This document shows positions 10,866 through 17,824 of a stretch of DNA of 64,000 nt, piece after piece. Position numbers and translations under genes: made by a program. The first letter of the stretch is position 1; each line of letters opens with the position of its first letter. The notes beneath the pieces are model-generated. The model was not told where the DNA came from, ran no database searches, and saw only the letters and a program-made list of their open reading frames with translations. This DNA comes from an uncultured bacterium. GTDB lineage: Bacteria; Patescibacteriota; Minisyncoccia; Phycocordibacterales; DATDWN01. The stretch lies in NCBI GenBank assembly GCA_903861205.1, contig CAIOTC010000016.1, positions 10,243 through 74,242 on the forward strand, read 5' to 3'.

Positions 10866-10895
10866 CAATCTACGCTATAGCTGAGATTGAGGAAT
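10866..10895. repeat. Left copy of direct repeat caatctacgctatagc..gattgaggaat flanking the Cas2-like ORF
   Basis: caatctacgctatagctgagattgaggaat. The right copy at 11306-11377 contains a perfect 22-bp palindrome. Confidence 0.6.
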
Positions 10896-11283
10896 TGTAA
10901 GATTTTGCTAATTTGAATGTTTTGAGTTTGTCTCCAATTTTTATTTCTTTCAAATATTCTAAAAAATCCTTAGGCAAAGGAGATGGTCCAACCCAGACAC
11001 TTTTCTGTATCATCACATATCCGAATCTTATCAGGTGTCGCCTAAACCAATCCCGTTCTTTCTTTTGATTTTCAGGAATATCATACATCAAAATTAAATT
11101 TTTCGGAGAACTTTTCTGAAATGGAGAATTGAAAGATGAATTATAATACGCTAGCTGTTTTTTAGTGATTGGAAAATTATTAGATGATTTTGATATTTGT
11201 TGATTCTGAGATTTATGTGATTTTTTCGAAACAGGAATTCCAAAAGCATTTACTCTTATTCCTTTGTAATAATAATTACTCAT
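10870..11283 (-). CDS. Cas2-like (VapD/Cas2 fold) small protein with low-complexity N-terminal extension; no CRISPR array nearby
   Basis: The C-terminal half NLILMYDIPENQKKERDWFRRHLIRFGYVMIQKSVWV...LKTFKLAKS matches the Cas2 pattern (beta1 YD[IV], KR..L.k.L..yG.R.Q.SVf, terminal l.fYRL). This is pattern recognition only. Confidence 0.35.
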   Translation of the reverse strand: MSNYYYKGIRVNAFGIPVSKKSHKSQNQQISKSSNNFPITKKQLAYYNSSFNSPFQKSSPKNLILMYDIPENQKKERDWFRRHLIRFGYVMIQKSVWVGPSPLPKDFLEYLKEIKIGDKLKTFKLAKSYNSSISAIA

Positions 11284-11305
11284 GTCTAAATTATACTACA
11301 TATTA

Positions 11306-11377
11306 CAATCTACGCTATAGCGTAGATTTGTATAAAAAAATGTTCTTCATTGGGTACCTCGATGAAGATTGAGGAAT
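11306..11377. repeat. Right copy of the direct repeat; contains the perfect palindrome aatctacgctatagcgtagatt (11307-11328)
   Basis: caatctacgctatagcgtagatt...gattgaggaat. It shares both ends with 10866-10895 but has about 40 extra bp between them. Confidence 0.6.
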
Positions 11378-11378
11378 A

Positions 11379-12122
11379 CTACGCTTGAATTCTTTTGAAA
11401 AACTCCGCGCCGATGTAGAGGCAAACGAAAGCGATAACAAAAAGAATAAGTGCATCAAGACCAAAAGAGAAAACATGTTGGCCGATGAGCGCTCCGCGAA
11501 TGCCGTCAACGGCATAGGACAAGGGATTGGCGTGCACTATTATATTAAACACCGTCGGCAATCCAACAATCGGAAAAAGCGCGCCGGAGAGAAAGAACAG
11601 TGGCATGACCAAAAAGTTGATGATGAGCGGAAAACTTTGCATGTCGTCGAGCTTGCTGGCAATCATTGTGCCGAACGCGGTGAAAAACAACGCCAGTAAA
11701 AACATGAAAACAATGGCCAGCGGAACTCCGGAAAGCGCCGGTTTAAATCCGGCCAAAAGCGTGATGAGCAAAACGATAATACCTTGAATAAAGGCCACCG
11801 TTGTCCCGCCTAGCGTTCGGCCGAGCATAATATTGAAACGCGACACCGGCGCAACAAGAGTTTCTTTCAAAAATCCGAATTGCTTGTCCCAAATAATTTC
11901 AATGCCGGAAAAAACGGCCGTGAACATGACAGTCATGGCAATAATACCCGGCGCTAAAAATTGGATGTAGCTTCCTTCGCCCGCTTTGGCAAAAGTGGAG
12001 CCAAATCCAAAACCGAAAGCAAAAAGAAAAAGCAGTGGTTGAGCCAGCGAGGCAAACATACGCTGTTTGCTTCTAACATATCTTTTCAATTGTCGTAACC
12101 ACAAAATGTAAATAGTAGACAT
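11379..12122 (-). CDS. ABC-2 type transporter permease
   Basis: Six predicted TM helices. The best start is ATG at 12122 (MSTIYILWLRQLKRY). The GTG-extended ORF to 12218 reads through the upstream repeat (FPRRRESRYLKLDSRLRGNDK) and is rejected. Confidence 0.7.
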   Translation of the reverse strand: MSTIYILWLRQLKRYVRSKQRMFASLAQPLLFLFAFGFGFGSTFAKAGEGSYIQFLAPGIIAMTVMFTAVFSGIEIIWDKQFGFLKETLVAPVSRFNIMLGRTLGGTTVAFIQGIIVLLITLLAGFKPALSGVPLAIVFMFLLALFFTAFGTMIASKLDDMQSFPLIINFLVMPLFFLSGALFPIVGLPTVFNIIVHANPLSYAVDGIRGALIGQHVFSFGLDALILFVIAFVCLYIGAEFFKRIQA

Positions 12123-12134
12123 TTTATTGTATTT

Positions 12135-12198
12135 GTCATTCCCGCGAAGGCGGGAATCTAATTTTAAATATCTGGATTCCCGCCTTCGCGGGAATGAC
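12135..12198. repeat. Composite REP-like palindrome: gtcattcccgcgaaggcgggaatc plus its inverted copy gattcccgccttcgcgggaatgac
   Basis: Each unit is itself a hairpin (ATTCCCGC / GCGGGAAT). The same family is at 54118-54207 and 56129-56190. Confidence 0.8.
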
Positions 12199-12205
12199 AG
12201 AAACA

Positions 12206-12994
12206 CTACCTGCCCCACATTCTATTTGTTAATCTTTTCGCATCCATACCCGTGCTTTCTTCGCGAATATGCTTCCCCGTCAATTCCAAAAAGGCATCTT
12301 CCAACGTGGCTGATTTGGTACTTTCTTTCAATTCTGCCGGCGTGCCAGAAGCCACGATGACACCCTGATCGATGATCGCCACTCTGTCGGCATTTTTGTC
12401 CGCCTCCTCCATGTAATGCGTGGTGAAAAAAACAGTCAGGCCTTCTTTTTGGTTGAGATTTTTTATATAACTCCACATGTGATTGCGCGTTTGAGGATCG
12501 AGACCAAGTGTCGGCTCGTCGAGAAACAGCACTTTCGGATGATGCAAAAGTCCGCGGGCAATTTCCAAACGACGCTTCATTCCGCCGGAAAAATCTTTGA
12601 CCAAACTGTCCTTCCTATCCCACAAATCGACAAGTTCGAGCAACTCCTGTATGCGCGGTTTGTAAACAGATTTCGGCACGGCGTACATGACAGCGTGCAG
12701 TTCCATGTTTTCGTATGCAGTCATTTCGGTATCGACGGACGGATCCTGAAAGACAATTCCGAACGAATGTCTAGCCTCGTCCGGATATTTGATGACATCA
12801 AAACCATTGAGCACGACAGACCCAGATGTAGGCTCGAGAAGCGTGGTCAACATTTTTATGCTCGTTGTTTTGCCGGCGCCATTGGGTCCCAGAAAAGCAA
12901 AATTCTCGCCTTGTTTGACGGAAAAAGTGATGTTGTTGACGGCTGTAAAATCTCCAAACTTTTTGGTGGCATCCTTGACTTCTATGATATTCAT
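12206..12994 (-). CDS. ABC transporter ATP-binding protein
   Basis: Walker A GPNGAGKTT, signature LSGGMKRRLEIA, Walker B LFLDEPTLGLD. It is the partner of the downstream permease. Confidence 0.9.
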   Translation of the reverse strand: MNIIEVKDATKKFGDFTAVNNITFSVKQGENFAFLGPNGAGKTTSIKMLTTLLEPTSGSVVLNGFDVIKYPDEARHSFGIVFQDPSVDTEMTAYENMELHAVMYAVPKSVYKPRIQELLELVDLWDRKDSLVKDFSGGMKRRLEIARGLLHHPKVLFLDEPTLGLDPQTRNHMWSYIKNLNQKEGLTVFFTTHYMEEADKNADRVAIIDQGVIVASGTPAELKESTKSATLEDAFLELTGKHIREESTGMDAKRLTNRMWGR

Positions 12995-13015
12995 CAAAGT
13001 ATCATATCACAAAAT

Positions 13016-13744
13016 CTAAAGTTTCGATGAAGAATTTTTTGACTTTTTCCACTTTTCTATCTCGGCGCGGTTTCCAGACAGTAATATTTTTGGCACTTTG
13101 TATTTTTTTCCTTTATATTCCAAAACTTCCGGACGAGTGTAAACGTCACTGCTCGCTGTGCGTGATTCCTCGAGTGAGTCAAAATTGCCGAGAACGCCCT
13201 CGACTTGGCGCGAAATACAATCAATCAAAATCATGGCTGGCAATTCCCCTCCGGTCAGCACAAAAGGTCCGACGGAAATTTCTTCCGTTTTGAAAATCTT
13301 TTTGACTCGCGCGTCAATCCCCTCGTACCTGCCGGAAATTAAAATGATGTCGGTGAATTTTGTCGCAACTTTTTTCGCATAGGTTGTATCAAATTGTTTG
13401 CCAGATGGAGAAAACCAAATAATAGAGATTCGAGATGAGAGTTTAGAGGTTAGAGATTTATTTTTTGTTTTTGTGTTTTTTCTAGACTCTTGTCTCTTGA
13501 CTCTTATCTCTATTTTCTTGAGCGCTGCTTCCACCGCTTTTACAACCGGAAGCGCTTGTATGACCATGCCTGGTCCGCCACTGTATGGCTTTTGGTCAAT
13601 ATGTCGAAATTTGTTGTCAGAAAAATCTCTCGGGTTGTAAAATTTTACCGAAATTTTCTTATCTTCAATGGCCCGCTTCAAAATCGACTCACCGAGGTAG
13701 GAGGTGAAACTGTCGGGAAATAATGTGATGATATGGAAATGCAT
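13016..13744 (-). CDS. trmD: tRNA (guanine37-N1)-methyltransferase TrmD carrying an in-frame low-complexity insertion
   Basis: MHFHIITLFPDSF...GRYEGIDARV...LTGGELPA are TrmD hallmarks. An extra about 35 aa (KKIEIRVKRQESRKNTKTKNKSLTSKLSSRISIIW) is encoded by an imperfect agag/ctct palindrome around 13425-13525. Confidence 0.85.
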   Translation of the reverse strand: MHFHIITLFPDSFTSYLGESILKRAIEDKKISVKFYNPRDFSDNKFRHIDQKPYSGGPGMVIQALPVVKAVEAALKKIEIRVKRQESRKNTKTKNKSLTSKLSSRISIIWFSPSGKQFDTTYAKKVATKFTDIILISGRYEGIDARVKKIFKTEEISVGPFVLTGGELPAMILIDCISRQVEGVLGNFDSLEESRTASSDVYTRPEVLEYKGKKYKVPKILLSGNRAEIEKWKKSKNSSSKL

Positions 13745-13840
13745 GAGAACAATTTGTAATTTTGTAATTTTTAATTTTTAAATAATTTTCAAATGTCCAA
13801 ATTTTTAAAAGAATACAATATTTTTGTGATTTAATCAAAT

Positions 13841-14196
13841 TCACCCTGTGATATTGCCCGGAGGGCACCCGTATCACAGGGTAAAATTTTTGCAAACAAA
13901 CAGACGGCCACGAATGGTCGTCTTTTTTAGCGGGAGTGGGGAGATTCTTACTGGAGGACTTCCCCACCCCTAATGGTTTCAACTCGGCTGCAGACCGAGG
14001 GCGGGCACCAGTAACCCCGCGCCAAGCGAAAACATAAAATTTTTTTATCCTCCGGAACATTTCGCAGTGCCGGTCGGACAGGCGTGTCGTAGGCCTAAAA
14101 TGGCCATCACTACCTTCCACTATCTATCCTAGCATACCCCACATTTTTTGTCAAGCGATTTTGGTGGAAAAATAAAAATACTTTTTCAAAATCAAA
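13841..14196. ncRNA. GC-rich, heavily structured intergenic segment where rimM would normally sit; candidate structured RNA of unknown class
   Basis: Nested perfect hairpins accctgtgata/tatcacagggt (13841-13881), gtggggag/cttccccac, ctcgg/ccgag and ggcc/ggcc. A plus-strand terminator-like hairpin (13902-13927) lies inside the span and a bidirectional terminator closes it at 14192-14224. No credible ORF. GC content is far above the local average. Confidence 0.3.
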
Positions 14197-14224
14197 AAAC
14201 ACGGCTTAAAACCGTGCTTTTTTG
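14192..14224. terminator. Bidirectional rho-independent terminator downstream of rpsP-khpA
   Basis: aaaaaacacggcttaaaaccgtgctttttttg: a CACGG/CCGTG stem with an A-tract 5' and a T-tract 3'. Confidence 0.7.
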
Positions 14225-14244
14225 ATAATCAAATTTTATTGAGA

Positions 14245-14568
14245 TTATAGTTTCAAATCGGCCATGGCTTCGTCAACGGTCTTGCTAGCTGAAACTGGTG
14301 ATTTAACTTCTCTCACCATTCCACCTTCCGGCTCGCTAATCTTTAGGTTAACGCGGGCGTTGTTTTTCATTCCAACAACGCGCAAAAGCGTTCTGATCGC
14401 TTTGGCGGTGTTGCCTTCTCGGCCAATAATTTTGCCCATATCAGCTCGGTTGACATCGAGTGTCATGAGCACGCCCATTTCGTCGACTGTTCTGGTAATC
14501 TTGACGTCTGCCGGATTCTCCACCAACGCTTTGACAACGAAATCCAAAAATTGTGTATCTTGTTCCAT
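14245..14568 (-). CDS. khpA: KH-domain RNA-binding protein (KhpA/YlqC family)
   Basis: VENPADVKITRTVDEMGVLMTLDVNRADMGKIIGREGNTAKAIRTLL is a KH GxxG motif. It sits in the conserved position after rpsP. Confidence 0.75.
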   Translation of the reverse strand: MEQDTQFLDFVVKALVENPADVKITRTVDEMGVLMTLDVNRADMGKIIGREGNTAKAIRTLLRVVGMKNNARVNLKISEPEGGMVREVKSPVSASKTVDEAMADLKL

Positions 14569-14628
14569 GAATTCTATCGTTATATTAATAAAGTCTTACT
14601 GCCTATAAGTATAGTATGAACGAAATCT

Positions 14629-15009
14629 CTATGCAACAGGTGTTTCTGTCGGCTCTTCTACTGGCGCTTCCGGAGCAGATTCCTCCGCCGCGACTTCCGC
14701 TTTGGTTTCCTCCGCAACAACTTCTTTCTTGATCGCCTTCTTCAGAGGCAATTTGTTTATTTTCTTGCCGGAAATTATTTTTTTGTCCACAAGCAGATTG
14801 TGAACGGTATCGGAAAGGCCTGCGCCTTTGGACATCCAGTGTGTTATTTTCTCTGTATCAAACTTTGCATCCTGTCCGTGTCGCGCATCGAAATTGCCCA
14901 GCACTTCCAAATATTTTCCGCTCTTAGTCGAGTTTTTCGAGTCAGTCAAAACGAGCCTGAATATCGGTTCGTGTATGCGTCCAACTCTTTGTAGTCGTAT
15001 TTTTAACAT
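14629..15009 (-). CDS. rpsP: 30S ribosomal protein S16 with Lys/Glu/Ala-rich C-terminal tail
   Basis: MLKIRLQRVGRIHEPIFRLVLTDS...LEVLGNFDARHG. The ORF track extends the N-terminus from a TTG at 15045. Confidence 0.9.
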   Translation of the reverse strand: MLKIRLQRVGRIHEPIFRLVLTDSKNSTKSGKYLEVLGNFDARHGQDAKFDTEKITHWMSKGAGLSDTVHNLLVDKKIISGKKINKLPLKKAIKKEVVAEETKAEVAAEESAPEAPVEEPTETPVA

Positions 15010-15049
15010 GTTTGCAATGGTATCAGAATAAAGCGTCGCGGTCAACCTG

Positions 15050-15871
15050 CTATTGGTTTACAATATTCTGCTCTTTATGAATAACAGCTACCGGTGTAAA
15101 CGATCCGGAAACGCCCGAGGACAATTTCATTCCCACCAAATCACCTGACAAATTGAAAAATGGACTGCCTGAAACCAAATCTTTGGTTGAAACATCCGAC
15201 TGAACCCCGGAAATATATTTGACCGTCGACGTTCCCGTGCCAGACTCCTTCATCACAAACGACGACACTCTGCCGACAGCCACGGCGTTTTGCGTTTCGC
15301 CGCCAAGGCCTACAACCGTTTGGCCAAGCTGTAAATCGGCAGAGGCGATAGTGGCCGGCGAGAAATCATATTTTGTTTTTTCCGGCAAATTTACTTTGAA
15401 GAAAATACTGTTCGTGTCTTTGTCGACGCCGAGCGGTACCAGCTTCCACTCGCTTCCGTCGCTCCAAACCGCGCTGTAAACGCTGTCAGCGACGATCGTT
15501 TGTCTGTCCGCCGCGATCAACCCATCTTTACTCACAACCACGCCAATACCGTAGAAAATTTTGGTACCAAGGGAATTCGTTTCGCTGATGCGGACAATAC
15601 TTTTGATGTTTTTGTTTATCGAGCTGATAATCATGTCCTCTTCCTTGACCACCACGGTCGTCACATCTTTCGACGGCGGATTGATGGCCGAGGAAATGCT
15701 GTCCGGCACAACAGTCTGGATGGTGCGTTCAACGACGTTGTTTATGTTGCGCGTCACTTCCACCGGCGCCTGCTGGAGAAGCGAGACAGTCATAATACCG
15801 GTGGCGATTGACGTCACAAAAGTGATGAGGAGAACGAGGAGAATTAGTTGGTGTCTGTTAAGATGTTCCAT
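15050..15871 (-). CDS. Membrane-anchored trypsin-like (S1C/HtrA-like) peptidase-domain protein, possibly catalytically degenerate
   Basis: N-terminal TM. GIGVVVSKDGLIAADRQTI aligns to the HtrA GSGFII..TNNHVV block with Q at the His position. LVSGSPFFNLSGDLVGM aligns to GNSGGPLVNLNGEVIG. No PDZ domain. Confidence 0.45.
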   Translation of the reverse strand: MEHLNRHQLILLVLLITFVTSIATGIMTVSLLQQAPVEVTRNINNVVERTIQTVVPDSISSAINPPSKDVTTVVVKEEDMIISSINKNIKSIVRISETNSLGTKIFYGIGVVVSKDGLIAADRQTIVADSVYSAVWSDGSEWKLVPLGVDKDTNSIFFKVNLPEKTKYDFSPATIASADLQLGQTVVGLGGETQNAVAVGRVSSFVMKESGTGTSTVKYISGVQSDVSTKDLVSGSPFFNLSGDLVGMKLSSGVSGSFTPVAVIHKEQNIVNQ

Positions 15872-15893
15872 TTTTGTGTTCGAATGAATTATA

Positions 15894-17168
15894 TCACATC
15901 ACAATTTTTTTCAAAGCTTTGACCAATACGTCAATGTCTTTTTTTGTCGTCGTTCGGCCGAGCGTGACGCGCAAACTGGAGGCGCTACAATTTTTGCGAC
16001 CAAGTTCGGAGATGACGTACGACGAAGAATTTTCTTTGCTCGTTTGACACGACGACGAATATGAAGTAGCGATGCCCTCCACATCCAAAGCGACGACGAT
16101 GTACTCACTGTCTGGCGCAGGCATATCAGCCATGGCTGAAAAACAAATATTGATGTTGTTTGGCAATCTGTCAGTCTGCGAGCCGTTCAGTTTGGCGTTC
16201 GGGAAAGCCTGGCAAATTTTTTCGATTCCGTAATCACGGATTTTTTGTAGTCGAGCCGATTCCGACTGGCGCAAATTTTCTGCCAGCTCTAGCGCTTTGG
16301 CCATGCCAACCATTCCCTCGACATTTTCCGTACCGCTGCGCAATCCGCCTTGCTGTCCACCGCCAAACATGATCGATTTTATTTTCACGCCCGTTCGCAC
16401 GTACAAAATTCCCACACCTCGCGGACCATGCATTTTGATACCATCGAGTGTCATCAAATCCACGCCAAGTTTTGCAACATCCAGCGGACAATACAAACCG
16501 GCTTGGCAGGCGTCAACATGAAAAATTGGAAATTTTTCATCAATTTTCAATTTACAATTTTTAATTTTTAATGAATTTTTTAATTTCTCAATTTTCCAAT
16601 TTTTAATTGCTTTTCCGATTTCTTTGATTGGCTGGATTGTGCCGATTTCGTTGTTGGCGTACATGACCGAAACCAAAACTGTGTTTTCTTTGATCGCAGC
16701 CAAAATATCTTTCGGCGAAACAAGTCCATCCTCCGAAACTCCAACGTAAGTTACTTCCCCACCGCGTCGTTCAATTTCCTTGCAAACTTCCAAAATAGCC
16801 GGATGCTCGATTCTGGTAGTAACAATGTGCGGAATGAATTTAGCACCCGAGGTCTGGCCTTGGGAAATTGGGCACCAAAGGCCAGACCTCTGGATCTCCT
16901 CAAACACACCCAAAAGCGCCAAGTTGTCCGACTCGGTTCCTCCGGAAGTGAAAATAATTTCGTTGGCTCGCGTGCCCAAAACCCTGGCGATTTTTTCTCG
17001 CGACTCCTTCATCACTTCCTTCGCCTTCATCCCCTCGCCATACAACGCTGACGGATTGGCAAAATTTTTCGCAGAATATTTCGCCATCGCCCCACTCACC
17101 TCTTTGGCCACAGGTGTAATCGACACATAATCCAAAAATATTCTTTTTTTGTTTTTTCGAGAAATCAT
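15894..17168 (-). CDS. iscS: Cysteine desulfurase (IscS/NifS family) with two in-frame repeat-derived insertions
   Basis: TSGGTESDN, HVDACQAG, HKMHGPRGVGILYV, GGGQQGGLRSGTENV. Best start is ATG at 17168 (MISRKNKKRIFLDY); the track extends from a TTG at 17291. Insert 1 (QRSGLWCPISQGQTSGA) is encoded by the 16849-16886 hairpin repeat. Insert 2 (NWKIEKLKNSLKIKNCKLKIDEK) is encoded by AT-rich repeat 16521-16616. Confidence 0.85.
   Translation of the reverse strand: MISRKNKKRIFLDYVSITPVAKEVSGAMAKYSAKNFANPSALYGEGMKAKEVMKESREKIARVLGTRANEIIFTSGGTESDNLALLGVFEEIQRSGLWCPISQGQTSGAKFIPHIVTTRIEHPAILEVCKEIERRGGEVTYVGVSEDGLVSPKDILAAIKENTVLVSVMYANNEIGTIQPIKEIGKAIKNWKIEKLKNSLKIKNCKLKIDEKFPIFHVDACQAGLYCPLDVAKLGVDLMTLDGIKMHGPRGVGILYVRTGVKIKSIMFGGGQQGGLRSGTENVEGMVGMAKALELAENLRQSESARLQKIRDYGIEKICQAFPNAKLNGSQTDRLPNNINICFSAMADMPAPDSEYIVVALDVEGIATSYSSSCQTSKENSSSYVISELGRKNCSASSLRVTLGRTTTKKDIDVLVKALKKIVM
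16849..16886. repeat. Hairpin repeat ggtctggccttgggaaattgggcaccaaaggccagacc (copy 2), in-frame inside iscS
   Basis: Differs from copy 1 only at cattaaagg versus caccaaagg. Those two changes remove the TAA that terminates the MGMT gene in copy 1. Confidence 0.8.
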
Positions 17169-17199
17169 TATGTCAATAGAATAACATGAAAAATGAGAC

Positions 17200-17228
17200 T
17201 TGACAAAAAATTGGTGGTGGGTAATATA
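17200..17228 (+). promoter_or_regulatory. Sigma70-type promoter for ORF 17245 (TTGACA, 17-nt spacer, AATATA), with GGAGG RBS at 17235-17239
   Basis: cTTGACAaaaaattggtggtgggtAATATAaaaatcGGAGGtaaatATG. Confidence 0.6.
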
Positions 17229-17244
17229 AAAATCGGAGGTAAAT

Positions 17245-17541
17245 ATGTCGACAAAAAACGTTCCATTGATAATGACGGACGAAATTGCCAAGGCACTTTA
17301 CAACGAACTTTCCATGTTTGGTCGTGTTCAAGTAACCGATGAGTTGGCATTTGTAGCTGCGAGATGGCAGAAAAACCGAATTATTCAAGAGCTAAAGGTT
17401 TTTTTAGCTCACCACCAAAAAAACTTGGATGAGTTGAATAGAAACCCAAGACCTCAGCTCGCGACAACAACGACCTATATAAAAGGAATTACTGAAGGAA
17501 AAATTGAAACGTTAAAATCTTTGATCGCTATCTTGGAATAA
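17245..17541 (+). CDS. Hypothetical protein (98 aa)
   Basis: Clean ORF with a consensus promoter and RBS and a downstream terminator. No motif recognised. Confidence 0.5.
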   Translation: MSTKNVPLIMTDEIAKALYNELSMFGRVQVTDELAFVAARWQKNRIIQELKVFLAHHQKNLDELNRNPRPQLATTTTYIKGITEGKIETLKSLIAILE

Positions 17542-17558
17542 AATGCAAACCTTCCCCA

Positions 17559-17583
17559 CCCGCCATCTCGGCGGGATTTTTTT
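17559..17583 (+). terminator. Rho-independent terminator (cccgcc atctc ggcggg then a T-run)
   Basis: GC stem immediately after the ORF 17245-17541 stop, followed by attttttt. Confidence 0.7.
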
Positions 17584-17613
17584 GCAAAATAAATTCGAAA
17601 ATGACACTAAACA

Positions 17614-17793
17614 AATTTTGTCGAGGAAAATCATTTTGGGCGCATTGCGGAATGCGTGAAGACATGAGCAGGAAGAAAAATCCCAGCAGGGATTTATTCT
17701 GGCGACCAAAATGATTTTCCTCGACAAAATTTGTGGTCTCGAATAGTTCGCTCACACCCGGTGATCACGTTGCTGCGCCGTGGACACCAGGTG
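17614..17793. mobile_element. MITE-like palindromic element, copy 1 (25-bp TIRs aaattttgtcgaggaaaatcatttt / aaaatgattttcctcgacaaaattt) plus adjacent cacccggtg...caccaggtg hairpin module
   Basis: Core 17614-17732, hairpin module 17755-17793. The core and hairpin module recur in inverse orientation at 52726-52969, with about 85-90% core identity. Confidence 0.7.
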
Positions 17794-17824
17794 AGAGCTC
17801 CGGTTTTGCAAATGTGAAGTTTAG

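Noticed and set aside
10850-11390. CRISPR array next to the Cas2-like gene
   Set aside because: Only two copies of the flanking repeat are present, 410 bp apart, with no regular repeat-spacer periodicity and no cas1. It does not fit an array.
12123-12218. Longer N-terminus for the ABC permease and similar upstream extensions for iscS (to 17291), lepB (from 57766), infB (from 18372) and rpsP (to 15045)
   Set aside because: The extensions start at GTG or TTG and read through repeat elements or promoters. Each has an internal ATG giving the canonical conserved N-terminus.
13689-14120. 143-aa minus-strand ORF in the trmD upstream spacer
   Set aside because: It overlaps the trmD start and runs through GC-rich hairpins. 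It has no protein-like composition or motifs, so it is more likely a side effect of a structured non-coding region.
13841-14196. Assignment of the structured spacer to RNase P RNA, SRP RNA, 6S or tmRNA
   Set aside because: I could not find the universal P4 (GGAAAGUCC / ACAGAA), SRP helix-8 (AGG...GGAA...AGCAG), or tmRNA tag and T-arm signatures on either strand. I kept it only as an unclassified candidate.
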